Origin: Sminthopsis crassicaudata
Taxonomy: Eukaryota
Direction of reading: 5' to 3'
NCBI RefSeq assembly: GCF_048593235.1
Contig: NC_133620.1
Coordinates: forward strand, 295,941,765 to 296,005,764
DNA length: 64,000 nucleotides
Part shown: piece after piece, positions 12,301 to 25,884 of the stretch
Layout of the letters: each line of letters begins with the position of its first letter
Position numbering within the stretch: position 1 is the stretch's first letter
The notes under the pieces: generated by a model
Told to the model about the DNA's origin: nothing
The model's input: the letters and a program-made list of their open reading frames with translations, nothing else
Database searches by the model: none
Translations under genes and position numbers: made by a program

Positions 12301-15300
12301 CACTTGTGCCTCTTCTTCATCCTTTGTATCTATTTACTACCTCCTTCTTCAGGTCCACATTACTTTTATATTCTAACCCAGTTTCTCCAGCGGCTCCCCA
12401 ATTCCTATACCACTCCATTTTTCTCTGGGCCCTTTCCTTTCCTGATATCCCAATCATATCCATTTACTGCATCTGCTTTGCCTACAGGATTGTTCTCTTT
12501 CTTCATATGCCCTGCCCACCTTGAGGCCATTATGGAAGATACCCTGGCCCCGAAGTAACCAGGAGGCCCGTTTGAGGGCACATGCTGAAGCTGGAAAGTT
12601 GAGCCGTTCAGGGGGGTAAGCAATGACTCCTAGGGCCAGGGATGAAGTCCACTGCCGGTTCAGAAAATCCAGCCGCACCTGGGGGGAATGGAAGATGGGG
12701 GGATGGTTAGATGTCCTAACAGATGTTGATGCACAGAAAGTGTTATCACTGGGTATGATGGGGGAGAAGAGAAACAGGACACATCACTTCCTGTGCAGAT
12801 ATGAAGTGATTTCCTCCTCAGAGAAGTACTATTCATGTTAATTTTGTAGGATTTCCTCTCTAGATGAAAAAAGGTAAAGCTCATAAGTAAAGATGTCTTT
12901 GAGAAAGGAATTGTTAAAGAGTGCTGAATTCAATTTCTCTGTGAAACAGAGATAATGCCCTTTCCTAACCATAGAGAAAAACCAACATTCTATTTCATCT
13001 TTTCTAGGACAGACTGTCAAAAGTTTTAACTTCTTTATATTTTCTTTTCTAGGAGGAAGAAAATACAAGTAGGTCTTTTATTTCTCTTTCTTAGGGAAGG
13101 AAGCAAATAGGGTCAAAAGATTGGAGGAATGAGTTCTTCAGGGAAAGGACCTGTTCAGGGAGGGATCAGGCCTTAGCCCACCTGGACCAGCTGCTGAGGA
13201 ACCAAGGGCCGGTTTATTACAACTATGCCCTGATTGTAGCTGGCCACCCGTGTGGCTGTCAGGTTTCCATTGGACAAGAGGATGTTCTTCCCATGATTCT
13301 CCAGAAACTCAAGGGCTGCAGGGGTAACCACAGCTTCATTTTCACCCTGTTGGAAGGACCACATGGTTGTCAACCACATCTCTAATTCATCCTTTTCTAT
13401 TTTTACAGGTCCCAGTTTAATAAGGGAGGAGTACTTCCCTGAATTGAGAATCAATGAAAGCTGAGGGTCTTGCTCACATGAGAAAATAGGATGAGACACT
13501 TCCCCCATTTCCCCCTAGCTCCCGATATCTCAAGACATGCAGATATCGTTCAGAGAAGGTTAGCAGATGGCAGAAAGAAACACAGACACTTGATCAACAT
13601 TCCTTGCCCCAAACCTCAGCTCTTACCATGGTGCCTGGCTCTTCATCATCCTCATCTTCTTCACCCTCACTGCCAGTATCTGAGCTGAGTGAGGGTGGTT
13701 TGGTGCCTTCAATCTCCTCTAGCATCGAGGAGCTGACAATGGAGATGACCTTCACCCGCCCGTACAGGTCCAGCACTACCCACACATTCTGGGGGCACAC
13801 ATGGGTTAGAGAGTGGAGTATTACAGCGTACCTCCTCTCCTCATCCTGCTATTCTTCACATAAACCCTACACTCAACAAGGGAGAAAAGCTAAGGGACAA
13901 GACTGAGGGAGGTGGGATATTAAGGGTCTCAAACATATGACAAGACTGGGGAAGGGGAAAAAGTAAGCATCAATGTCTGAAGGCAATTGGGGTCAAGGAA
14001 AGGGTCTTAAGGAGGGGTGAGTGGCATGAACCAAAATGGGAGAAAAGGAGTCAAAGTAAGCAAGATAAGCCTAGTAATAAAGGAGAGGGAAATGAGAAAA
14101 TCCGACAGCAATACCTTGGCAATGTCAGTGGCTGCGGGCCCCATGTCCTCACCATCTACTAGGATATGCATTGTGTCATCTGCTCCTCTACGTACTCCCA
14201 CACGGCTTCCCACCTGTATAGAGATTTTAAATGAATTTTAACTCAACAAGTTTGCATTAATTCTCTATGTTCTCCTCTCCTAAGTCCCTCTTTTAGAATT
14301 CTGTCCTCCCCTTCCATAATTTCACACCATCTCTCCTAACAACACTCCCTGCCCTTTCTCAGCCCTCCCAGGGATCTATATCAACTCTTCCCCTTCTCCA
14401 TCCTCCAGACCCTGCTCACCCCCAGCCTCTCCAGATTTCGTCCATAATTCATCCGCTGAAGCTGTCCATTACGTCTCACCTCACAGCCAGAAACCATCCA
14501 TGTTGTCTTGGCCCGTAGCTCTGGGAGTGAGGTGGGCAGCCCTGGTCCTGCCCCAGTCCCTCCCCCAGGCCCCAGGTCCCCTGGTAGAAGTGTTGTCAGC
14601 CCTACTTTGAATGAACCTGCCCACTTCTCATCCAGCTCTTCCACTTGTACCTGGTAGGAAGAAGAGGGAAATATGGTGGTGACTCAAAAGCAGTAGGAAA
14701 GAAAGGCATAAGTATAAAGAATGAATTGTCATAAGTTTTCTCCAAATTTGCCCTTTGACAGTTCTCTTTGAGACTAGAGGCTTCCAAATCCATTCTCATC
14801 ATTTCCTGTTCCTACCTCAAAGATCTCATCAGTCCTGAGCTCCTTCATGCTGAAGACTAGACCATGAGCATAGCCAGCTACTCTCATGGCCCGAGTACCA
14901 TCTTCTCCAAATGTCACATTTTTCCCACAGTAGCTGTGGAATCGGTGAGCCACACCTGCCACTGGGAAAGGAAGAGTACATAAAAGGAAATTGGAGGTAT
15001 AGAAAAATAAGGGAGACATTCCTTTTCTACACTAGGAGGATATAAATTCTGATATATCTTTTTTTAGCTAAAAAGTACTTAGCCACTGCTCACTCCTGAG
15101 ATGGTCAGTGGCAAAAAGTCTTATGAGGTCATTTCCTCACCAGAGAACCAAATTTAGGCTGCCTGCCTCTGCAGAAAGTGAGAGAGAAGACTCAGCAGAT
15201 TATTTCCTATTCAAACAGGAAACTAGGAGGGGCAGCTTTCTCTTCTATAAGAAAAGAACAAGTCCAAGCTCCCCAAACCAGAAGCTGAACTTAACATTTC

Positions 15301-18300
15301 CTTGATCGAAAGCCTGAAAAACTCATGTATTTATGACATCACTTCTTCAGAAAGAAAAAGCAAACACTGGTTATCCCTCTCCATTTCTCTTTGAATCCTT
15401 AATCTTTCCCTTCAACCAAAAGTGCCCTATCCATAACCTATACTGCTCAAACCGCCACTGTGCCCTTAAGAATTTTTTCTCATTTAGGATCCTTAAAACT
15501 ATTTTACAACAATTCCCCATGTATCAAGGCCATCTTTTTCTATAATATTGCTTCTAAACTACTCTAACATCTATAGATCCTTTGTTTCCTAAAGTTCTCA
15601 CCTGGTGAATGAAGTGGGAAAGATTTCTCAGTGGCATTGCTGGTTGAAAGGCTGTTATCCATAGGGCCTGTGGCACTGGTAATGGAGACTTGGACACACT
15701 GGCCGTAGAGATCCACCACAGCATACACCTCTGGGGTCAGAGGGAGAGGCAGGGGCTGGGACACCAGTTGCCTGAAATCCTAAAGGGAATGAGGACTAAG
15801 GTATCTGAGTCCCAAAAAGGGGTGTGGGTTGAGAGGATGACTTGCATCCCTAAAGGGAAAAGATTGGTTTGGAGAACTAGACACTAGAGGGTCAGACACT
15901 TGGATCCCTGAACAGGGAGGTCACCTTTCCCAGCAGGAAGGCCAGAACAGGCAGGCCCTTGGTCTTGACCATTGATGAAGTAATGCAGGTCACCCTTAGC
16001 AGTACGCATCATGCCAATCCGAGAGCCAGTGCCTAGAGAATCTAGGTCACAGCCATAGTTGTTTCGCATGGTATTTCCATCCTGCATGATAGCTGTGCCG
16101 CTATTGAGGGAAGTAGGAGAAAGGGAAGTTAGCTTTCCTAATAAAACAAGGAATCACATCACATTATCAAAAAATTTCTTCAGGGAGAGAGCAATATTAA
16201 GACCAGGATGTTTTCCCAACGCTAAATTTTCATCCTATACTCCTCACTATCAATTTCCTTCAACTAAGATATCATCTTAGTCAAGTGACCCTTGCACTAT
16301 TTCAACAATATAGTGTCTGAATGCTATGTTGCATTCTTCTTTTCCTTCCATAAAAGTATTCACTTGCACTTATGTAATATGTATATGTAATATGAGTTTA
16401 GACTATTATTATGGAAATTCTCTATCAGTAATAGTTCTCTGCTCCACATTCAACAAAGCTTCTTCATAAAAAAGCACAGTTCCTAGAAATGTTTTCCAAC
16501 CCAGAGGACCTCCTTTATCCCATCCCATGCCATGCCTGGCAGAACCCTTTGCCACTCCAGTAGTAGTAGTGAATGGATGAATAAATTGTCTCACACCTCA
16601 GCATCCATGTGTCATAGTCAATGTCAGTCATTGTGTTGGGGAACTCCAGGTCTTCCGGTCGTATGGCAGTTACTCCTGAGGGGGGAAAAGAACACCTTTA
16701 TGGATCAGGCAATCTTTATGGCCAAAATATCAGTCTTCCCCCTTGATTACCTTAACCAACCTACCAGCCTCAATAGACCCGGACCAACGATCAACCATCT
16801 TCTGGATGACAATCTCAAAGAGTTCTCCCTCTCGAAGAGCCCTGCCAGAGAAAAGAGGAAGACTTAAAGACAGCTTCTGAAGGTATCAAGGATGCAAGAA
16901 CCAGGAAGAGGAAGAGGGGGCAGGAAGGAAAGGGAAACTGATACCTTTATCCCCTATGGGACTGACCGATTGGAGATGACGATGGCATCATTGAATTCAC
17001 TTCGACAGTTGTGTCTGAGTGCTGTGCGGCCCCCATTAGTGATGACAGCATTGCTGCCATGAAGCTGGTGGAATCGAAGGTCAGTGGCTCCTGCCCCAGA
17101 TGAAGGTGAACTTGGTGACAGCTGGTTATTTCCTTCAGAAACGTCATCAGGGAGTGGCAGTAACTCTAGTATTTGGGGGTAGAGTGGAGAATCAGTTACC
17201 ATATCTGAGTTTCAAATCTTACGTTTCTTGGTCTCAAAATTCCTCCCAGACCTCCCCTTTGAGATCCACAAAGTGCTTTCTGCCTGTCCTTATGTTCTTT
17301 CCTCACCAGAGTCATCCACAATGGTAGCTTGTGCAGCCTGGCCATAGAGATCAACTACAGCATAAACCCCCGGGGGCACATTCCATGCTGCAGGGCCTTG
17401 GGCCACCCCATTGACAAAGAAGTGGAGGGTGCCATCCTCACGTCGTACTACACCTACTGTGTCCCCTGCCTTGGGGAAAGGAATAAGAAGTCAGCCACAG
17501 TTCCTGAACCATATTGAGTGAAAGAAAGTGTGGTGAGGGAGGGAAATCATCTCCATACTCTGGCCCCACCTACTGTGCCCCTTAGGGAACAAAGTCCACA
17601 ATCCCTACCAGACCTTGAGTCGGTCAAGGTTGTGACCATACTCGTCCAGAATAGTTGTTCCATTGTGCATCACCCCATTCCCAGTCATCATCCAAGTTCC
17701 TAGTAAAGAAAGGAAGGGGTTGGAAAAAGTTCACATCAGTTAAGAGATCTCAATGGGATATGAGGAACAAAGGAGAATGTATTATAGGACTATTATTTTT
17801 TTTCCCCTGAGGCTGGGGTTAAGTGACTTGCCCAGGGTCACACAGCTAAGAAGTGTTAAGTGTCTGAGACCAAATTTGAACTCTGGTCCTCCTGAATTCT
17901 ATCCACTGCGCCACCTAGCTGCCCCAGGACTATTATTTTAAATGTGAAGAATGGATTTTAGAACCAGATCTTTCTTTGATTCAAGATGTGACTGTGGACT
18001 AGTAGTAAGTCATCACCTGTGTGGAACTTATTTCCCTAAACTAGAGAGTGATGTTGAGCTAGAGGAGCTAAAGATTCTATATGATTATAATACCTAGTGG
18101 AGTACAAGAGTCAAAGGTACTGAAGGACTCCTACTTTTCTTATCCTCAGCTCCTTCCTTCCCACAATTTGTCCCTCTACTTTTCTTCAGTCTTTATATTG
18201 CTTTCCAAATTGTTCCCAAACCCTTATTCAAACTCATCCACTTCCAAACATTTCTCCCCAATTCTTAAAACAAGAACCTCTCTTACCTGAACGCAAATTG

Positions 18301-21300
18301 GTCATAGTAGAGGGCAGCTGCAGGTAAGCTGGATTATGGGTGGTGACCCCAATTTCGATTGAACCGGCCCATTTGTCCACCATCTTGTCAATTCGAACTT
18401 GGAATAGCTCTCCATCCCGAAGAGCTCTGCTGCTCAACACTACACCATGATTGAAGTCATCAGTGGCACTGGGTGTAGGGAAAATGGGAAATCAGTCCTG
18501 TTGTTCTACCTAAGCCTCAGCCACATTTCCACCTGCCCTCAAATTCCAGCCTCCTTAGGGAAATGATTCCTCTTAGTCAGAACTTCCAAATCCCAGTTAT
18601 TCCTTAGGTGCCACTTTATCTCACTACTCTGAAGGACCTTCCCCCCTACCCTGACCCAACTGAGCCCCTTCCTATCCCAGAAGCTATACTGAGGTCGAAG
18701 AGCAGTCCGTCCTTCGTGGGTGATTGCTGCCTTCTGTCCACAGTTGGGGTGGAAGAGCAGGCGATCAGGCTCAGAGTGGGCAAGACCAGGAGGAGGCCTT
18801 CGATGGGCACCTTCAGGAGACAGGGCCCGAAGAATAGCATTGTTTCGTCGAAGACGGTCACTGTGGTTGTGGTTGTGGACAATGGTCACCTTCACTGCCA
18901 TACCATACAAGTCCACCACACCATACACCACTGGGGGTGTCACTGAAGTTGCCACACCTACTCAGGAACAAAGGATGGAAGAAAGGAAAGATTCTAAAAG
19001 AAGGTAGTATGGATGAAAAGAATCACAAGGAAAGACAAACATAGGCCCAAAAATACTAACAAAATCATAGAAGGGGAAGGAGGCAGAGAATAAGTCAAAC
19101 CTGGGTCCATTCCCATCTTTTATTCTCAAGCTCAAATCCTCTATAACCTAACAACACACAACATCAATCTCACTCCCAAACTCTATTCAATTATTCCACC
19201 CTTGTAGATTTACCTTAGTCTGTTTTTTCCACTTACCCTGATCAATTCCATTGATGAAGAAATGTAATGCAGAGCTGGCTTTTCTTGTGAGACCAATGTG
19301 GTCACCTTCCTTTGGGGAGGGAAGGAGGGACAAGAGATCTCATAGTAACTCAAGACTTTCCTCCCTGCCTATATATCCCCAAGGTCCCACATCCAAAATG
19401 AAGTCAGAATCTTGGGAGTCCTCCCATTTAACTATATTATCAGACGGAGTTAGGACTCAACAATAATAAAGACAGACTGAGCAAAAAAATCTTACTTGCT
19501 GAAACACCCCCATTTATCTAGTAGGGAGAAAGTCTAGAGTAGTGTCCCATCCTTCTTCCCTTCCACCTTTCCCAACTACATTTCCAGTCCTGACCCTCGC
19601 TCTCACCTGTAGTTCATCTAGACTGAACTCACAGTATTCCCGGCGTGTCCCTTTGCCATTAGTAAGGATCCCACAGCCACTCATCATAATGGTGCCTACC
19701 GAAGAGAAACCCTACTCTCCTTAGTTATGGTCTTAAGATCCTCCCTACTAGTTCCCCTAAGAGCCCAGCTCTCTAGTACCTGAGCGCAGATTAGTCATAG
19801 TTGCAGGATACTCCAGGCTGTTTGGGTTGTGAGTTGTCACTCCAATTTCTATGGAGCCTGACCATTTATCCACTAGCTTGTCAATTCGAATCTTAGGGTA
19901 GAAGAAAGTCAGCAAATGGGAGGAAGAACAGAATGGTGATGTAGATAGACACCCAGACACCAAATATACATAGATAAACTGGAAAAATCAAACATACAAA
20001 CAAAAAACCCTCTGGCCCATCCTGCAACCTCCATCCCCACACTTATTAAAAACATTGTATTAAATGTTTGGGTCCTCAAAAGGAACATCATTTAAGGGAC
20101 TGAGACATAAGAAACACAAATTTCTGAAGAGCAAAGCTGGGATCAAGTCATCAAAGTTCCCACCTCAAACATCTCATTGTCACGAAGTGGGCGATTTGTC
20201 ATGACTACTCCATTGTTAAACTCATCTAGAGGCCGTCGACGTTCAGCTGTCTTGTTGTTGTTACTAAGTTTGATGAGGGTGCCACACTTCTCATGAAAGA
20301 GCAGGGCATCGTTAGAGGTTAGGAGTGTTGGGGTAGGGAGTCCACTCCCACCAGCAGTAGGTCCTGACTCTTCTGCAGGTGGTGAGCCAAGGCTGACACT
20401 CAGGAGTCCCCCATTGTAAGCAGACAGGATGGCATTACTAACAACTTCTGATAATTCCATGCCTGAGAAACCTAGAGTCAAGAAATTGGCAAAGGAGTAA
20501 AATAAAGTTCTCGAAGGAACTTGTTTCCCCTTTCTTGAAAGCACTTCTCTTCAACTTCCCACCTCCCTTGTATTTACCCCTTTCTTCTCCCTTACTCCAG
20601 CCACTGTTCTTACTGCTTCTCTCCCTACCATTCTCTTCCCTTTCCCTCCCCCCCCCATTTGCACCTTAAGGCTGTTAGGGAAAACTTGTCCAGCTGGGCC
20701 TGGGACAACATGCGGGTTGAGGACCAGGGTGGGGATGGGGAGGGAATAAGGTGTCCAGTCCTTACTCCTGATCCTCTCAATTAGAACACTTTCCCAGATC
20801 TAGCCCCTCACCCCCAAAACATTCCTTTCAACTGCTCTGCATATACCAGTTTTTATTTTGCCCATATCCTTCTCTTTCCATAGCTCTTTATTATATACTA
20901 GATATATATTATATTTTAGCTTTCTTTTCTGTTTCCTATACTCCTCCACATCCCCCTTAAAATTTCACAAATACCAGATTTCCCCCAAAATGTCCAACTA
21001 TTTCATACAAACTATATTCCCATACACCAACTGTGCCAACCTCTACACCTCCAGCTGTTTTCTTATTCTCCCTTCCCCTGCATACACAAATTCCCAAATG
21101 TCTCCTATGTTCCCAAACTAAGACCCTCTTCCTTTCATTGGAGTATCTCACCTTCATCTCCAGTAGCCCCCTGATCAGCAGAAGTGTCCCCAGGGGGGAG
21201 GGCAGGGGGAGGTGTAGGGGCACCAAGACCAGGTTCAGGGGGCAGCACGGTGATTTGAGTACACTTGCCATAGAGATCGACCACAGCCCAGACTCGAGAG

Positions 21301-22228
21301 GGAAGGCCAGTAGCAGCAACACCACAGTCCCGCCCATTGACCCAGAGTCGAAGCTCACCAGCAGCTGTGCGCTCCACACCCACACGGTCCCCCTCACCCA
21401 GCTGGTCCAGATCCTGCCCATACTCTTCCAGCACTGAGCGCCCATCTCGAAGCACTGAGCAACCAGACACTACCCAAGAGCCCCCTTTCAGTCCAGTGGC
21501 GCTACTTGGGAAGTCCAATACGCCCGGGTCCAACGCTGTTACTCCGATCTCAATGGATCCACTCCAAGAGTTCACCTATAAATGGGGAATCAGGAGTTGG
21601 GTGGAAGGAGAGAGCATAAGAAAAAATAACTCAGGTTGACTTGAGGCCTCCCTAAATCTACTGTCCCTCCTCTTTTATCTGACTTGCTCCTTGACTTCCT
21701 AATCATTCTCTTAGTATCCTTGGTCCTTACAAACCCCTAAATCTCTTCATTACTGAGATACATCCTCAGAAAATAAGACAAAGAAAAACATTAACTACCT
21801 TCTAAAGTCTCACTCCTCAGGGACTGGGTCTCTGTGGTCATTACCTTGGTGCAATCTGCTTCTTTCTTATTGGCCCGGGGAGCATTTGCTCCACTAGCTC
21901 ATTAACACCGACCCCCCCCATCCCCATCTCCTCCTCCTCCCTCCCCCTCTCCCCCCTCTCCCCCCCCCAGTCTCCTTCACACCCCGGAGTCGGCCCACAC
22001 CTTGCGGTCAATCCGCACTGTGAAGACTCGCCCGTCCCTCAGGGGCTCCCGGCTCAGCACCAGCCCATGGTTGAATTCCTGGCCGGGTTGCTGTCTCCGA
22101 GCTGTGCGGCCACCCCCGGACAGACTCACCAGCCGTCCAGTGCGCGGGTGCAGTTCCCCGCCCCCGCCGCCGCCGCCGCCGCCACCGCCCACCCCTGCCC
22201 CCGGCCCCCCCCCCGCCCCCGCCGCCAT
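9359..22228 (-). CDS. NEURL4: Neuralized-like protein 4 (six NHR domains; 1520 aa)
   Basis: 28 coding exons: 22228-22001, 21575-21152, 20471-20164, 19891-19780, 19695-19607, 19309-19237, 18957-18690, 18468-18287, 17699-17614, 17469-17307, 17165-16967, 16841-16765, 16675-16597, 16100-15925, 15730-15602, 14961-14816, 14650-14420, 14213-14115, 13788-13627, 13346-13182, 12678-12520, 12131-11952, 11654-11567, 11258-11151, 10945-10801, 10256-10144, 9992-9824, 9563-9359 (4563 nt, phase-consistent). Repeated NHR motifs such as [22 protein letters not shown] and AVVDLYG; ends ALLVRVE*. One intron is GC-AG. Confidence 0.97.
17800..17925 (-). mobile_element. Young marsupial tRNA-derived SINE (WSINE1/SINE1-like) with TSD
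   Basis: T-tail...gaggctggggttaagtgacttgcccagggtcacacagc...ccacctagctgcccc, flanked by aggactattatttt at 17786-17799 and 17926-17939. In a NEURL4 intron. Confidence 0.85.
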
Positions 22229-22720
22229 CCCCTGCGCCGCCGCCGCCGCCCGCTCAGAAGCTGACACCGGGGCCTGCACGACAGCTGTGCTTATCGGCAG
22301 CCTGGCAACCTGGACTGGTAATGCGAAGGGGAAGAAGCGAAGGTGGCAGATTTGCTTTACGGCACTGCCGGGCACTTTGGGTCGGCCCCGCCCACTGGAG
22401 GGGAAGCTTAGCCGGGGTAACAGGGAGAGGGAATCCGATCGGGGGAAAAAAAAGGCGCCGGAGGAGAGATGGGGGGTGGGGGAGAGGGATGCAACCAAAA
22501 CGCGGAGGACAGTCGCGGAGTTTGCTTTACGGCACGGTGGTGCAATCGCTTTGCGACAGCTGCTTGGTGTAAGATGGCCCTTTCTCAACGCTCGCTTAGG
22601 TACCGTGCTTTATGGCTGAGAGGCGAGAGCTTAATGAGTACTGTGGTTTCGAGATCGTGAAACTCACCGATCGCTGACGAGGCGGGAGAAAAGGAGGACC
22701 TGGAGACTCCGCCTTTATAT
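21950..22720. promoter_or_regulatory. NEURL4 CpG-island promoter, probably bidirectional; YY1-like AAGATGGC at 22571-22578
   Basis: Dense CpG over NEURL4 exon 1 and upstream. The + strand PPP1R2-like locus begins about 1.5 kb further on. Confidence 0.7.
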
Positions 22721-24394
22721 TTGATTTATGGCAAAGACGTATTTCTCCTGTGATTTACCCCCAACCCTAGGACACCACAACAAGCAACTGTTACTTAGTT
22801 CCAAGTCCTAACTTGCAACACAAAAAACTATTGTCATAGCAACACGAAGGCTTAAAATTGCTTTACATCAGAAGAGCAGTAGTATGTCAACTTTTTAATT
22901 TTTTACGACAGTCGGGAAGTTGTCTTAATCGAGAGTTTTTGAGTGTTCTAAACCTGAGATTTATGATTCCTTTATTCCCACTCCTTTTCGCCTGTTACAG
23001 TCAAGAAATAACAATTCCTTACCTAAGGCAGCGGCTATGTGGGTATAATCATGCAGCCCGTTGCTTTACGGCAACGGGACCTCCCAAATAGTACCGTCTT
23101 CTCTTTACCGTCCCAGAAAAAAAAAAAAAAAAAAAAAAAGCTGTGCTCAGTTTTTCTTGGTTTCACTCGAAGATCTCATCTCCGGCTGTTATACTCGCAT
23201 CTGGGATTACCCACTTGCTGTGCAATAATTGTATGGAGATATCTGCTGTTTTACAACAGTGGCTTCTAAGCAGTGTGGCAGATATTCTGCTTAAATTACC
23301 TGTCATAGTTTATTCCCATATACGCAGAAATTTCCATCTCCATCTCCAGAATGTTTTTCCTTAATCCAAAACCTTTGGATTTTATAGTGAAGGCGTTGCA
23401 AACTGTTACGGCAGCTATAGCAACGGATAATAAAAAATGGGACGTGAAGCTCCATAAGAATTATAACTAGAAGCATCCCTACACGTTCCATTATTTTTTA
23501 CATAATAATAGATGAAGAAATTTAAGCTAGTTTCATTTAATTAATTCCATTAAATTAGCTCCATCGAGGCTAACATCGAAAGCTTCCAATATGTTTAAAC
23601 TTAGGGACAACCCAAGGGAAGTACCTTAACTACTTTAATGGAGAGCATCCTTTTTCCCCCATCAACCCCATTCCTCTCCCGCTAGGTAGACATTTGTGAA
23701 ACGTCGCAAAGACAAAAGCCAGTCTCCCAGGGCCCGGGCTCTGTGACTGGCCAAGTGGGGTACTGGTGGGGCACAGAGGGAGACTTAGAAAAAGGATGCT
23801 AGGGAGTGCCCAAAGGGCCGGGAAGGAAGCAGAATCCCGAGCCTCCTACACTCGAATCGTGGCTCCGCCCACCTGTGCTTCCCCGGTGGGAGGGGGCAAG
23901 AGGAAAGAACAGCCCTTGGGGAGAGCAAGGAGGAAGGGAGAGTGGAGTGTGGATTTCCCCCATCTGGCCTTGATGGGAGCGGAGCCACAGGGGTGGGGTA
24001 TATGGGATAGAGGGGAGTGGTGGGGTATATGAGGGAAGCTCCCCAGTTCGGGGAGTGGTAAAATGGAGAAGCGGGAGGCTAGAGGAGACTACTAGAGGGA
24101 GTGGTGCGGGGTTGGAAGGTTAGTAGCTGCTAGGGTACTGTCTCTGGCATTCAGGATGGGGCTGCAGCTGGCTTGCACTGTGCTGTGCTAAGCCGACACC
24201 CAGTCCTCGCCTCCCTCGGCCACTGATGCAGCCCCGGGGCATCTTGAAGAACAATTGCCCCATCAGGATGCCAGAGGGCCCCCAGTGGGGAGAAATACGG
24301 AGGCAGGCGAGAGAATTGGAGAGTTGGGGAGGAAGTGAAGGGAGCCCCGAAATTCTAAAACTCCTTGGACAGATTCTCCCTGTATCCTGGTCTC

Positions 24395-25118
24395 TGTAAA
24401 AGATCCTGAGAGACAAGCACTATACCCTCATTGATAACACTCACTACTGATTAAACTTGCTATTAAAGAGACTCAATTCTATTCAAATTCAATTTAAGCT
24501 GCACCCAGCCCCATGAGGAGCAACCCCCAACTTGAGGCAAGGTTTATAAAAAGAGCCAATCATAAACCCTCTTTTTGCAGAGGAGCTAACAGGCCAGGCC
24601 AGGCCAAGGAAACCTTTACCCTCTGGGATTATAGTCTCTTTCAGCCTTACCCTCTCTTTATCCTCACCTATTTCCCCAACAAGACTTTGTCTCCCTGTTG
24701 GGACCTTACTTTATATATCTCTGTCAGGACTTTGCCACTAAGGAATTCATTGTATTCATGCATAGCAAAGGCTGACTTCCCAATTCCTATAATAAATTTC
24801 CTTTTATCAGTCTAGCTTTTTGGGTGTCGTAAATTCCTTTATAAAGGATCTCTGTGCCTCTAGAAGGGAGTTCCCCCAAACTCCCTATCAACACACCAAA
24901 TCTCAAGGGGATTTAAGGGAGCCAAACCTCTTCATATTTAGTCCCCTGAACCCTGATCCTGCCAACTAACTTTATCATCTAATTCTCTGACCACCAGGAA
25001 CCCTAATCTCATCATTTTGGTTCCTTGAATCTAATCTCATCATTTGGTTCCCTGACAACCCTAAATCTAGACTTTATCTTTTGGTTCCCTCACTGGGAAC
25101 CCCAAAATCTAGATCTCA
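24395..25118 (+). mobile_element. Solo LTR (ERV-like), family shared with 28722-29332
   Basis: TG...CA ends (5' boundary approximate), TATA-like TTATAAAAAG, AATAAA at 24791-24796, and a long colinear match to 28722-29332 (gctgacttccca...ttccttttatcagtctagcttt...gtaaattcctttat). Confidence 0.7.
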
Positions 25119-25282
25119 TTAGAAGAAAAGTTAAAAGGAGGAGAGAGCTAGGGATGTTAGAGTCAGCTGAGAGGGAAGTCTCTAAAGATTTATTGAAGAT
25201 AAAGGCAAGAAAAGGAGTGAGGGAAGTTGAAGAATCAAGGGATGAAGAGTTGGAAGCGAAAGGACTTTAGTCATCTACTCAC

Positions 25283-25472
25283 CAGCTTCTAAAACTCTGG
25301 TTCTCCACCCCATATGAGGTCTGGTAACTGAATATAGGAGGTCATGAAATTATGATTTACTATCAGCAAATATTTGATTTGTATACCTATTTTATATAAC
25401 TATACCCGAGGTCATGTAAAAATTGTTCTGGTGGAAAGGGGTCGAAAGTGGAAAAAGTTTTAAGAAGCCCTG
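25283..25472. mobile_element. Non-autonomous hAT/Charlie-like DNA transposon remnant
   Basis: Imperfect terminal inverted repeats cagcttctaaaac / gttttaagaagccctg, inserted within a MIR-like fragment. Confidence 0.45.
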
Positions 25473-25522
25473 AATTCTAGTCCAATTTCAGTTGAGAAAA
25501 CAGACAAAAAGAACTTAATTTG

Positions 25523-25674
25523 GGGGCAGTTAGGTGGGGCATCACATAGAGCACCAGCCCTGAAGTCAGGGAGACCTGAGTTCAAATCTAGTCTTAAACA
25601 CTTAACACTTCCTAGCTGTGTGACCCTGGGCAAGTTCGATTAATCCCAACTGCCTCAGCAAAAACAAAACCAAA
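25523..25674 (+). mobile_element. Marsupial tRNA-derived SINE with TSD
   Basis: ggggcagttaggtgg...gagttcaaatct...cctcagcaaaaac, flanked by aacttaatttg at 25512-25522 and 25675-25685. Confidence 0.85.
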
Positions 25675-25884
25675 AACTTAATTTGCCCAAGCTGTTAGTT
25701 TTAGACTTGAAATTATTTGTACCAGAAAGCACTTTCTCAACCTAGAGTTTTCCATGTCTGCCAAGAGTGGGAAAGAGAAATAGTCCACAAAGGTTCTGGA
25801 TTGGGTCTCATGACATCCCTCTCCATGACTTTCTCAATCCAGGAAGAAGTCCCAACATTGGGATAAGATGAATATCTTGGCTGC

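Noticed and set aside
22002-22619. 205-aa + strand ORF with a poly-Pro run
   Set aside because: Antisense shadow of the GC-rich NEURL4 exon 1 (GGC repeat read as CCG); GTG start and no recognisable domain.
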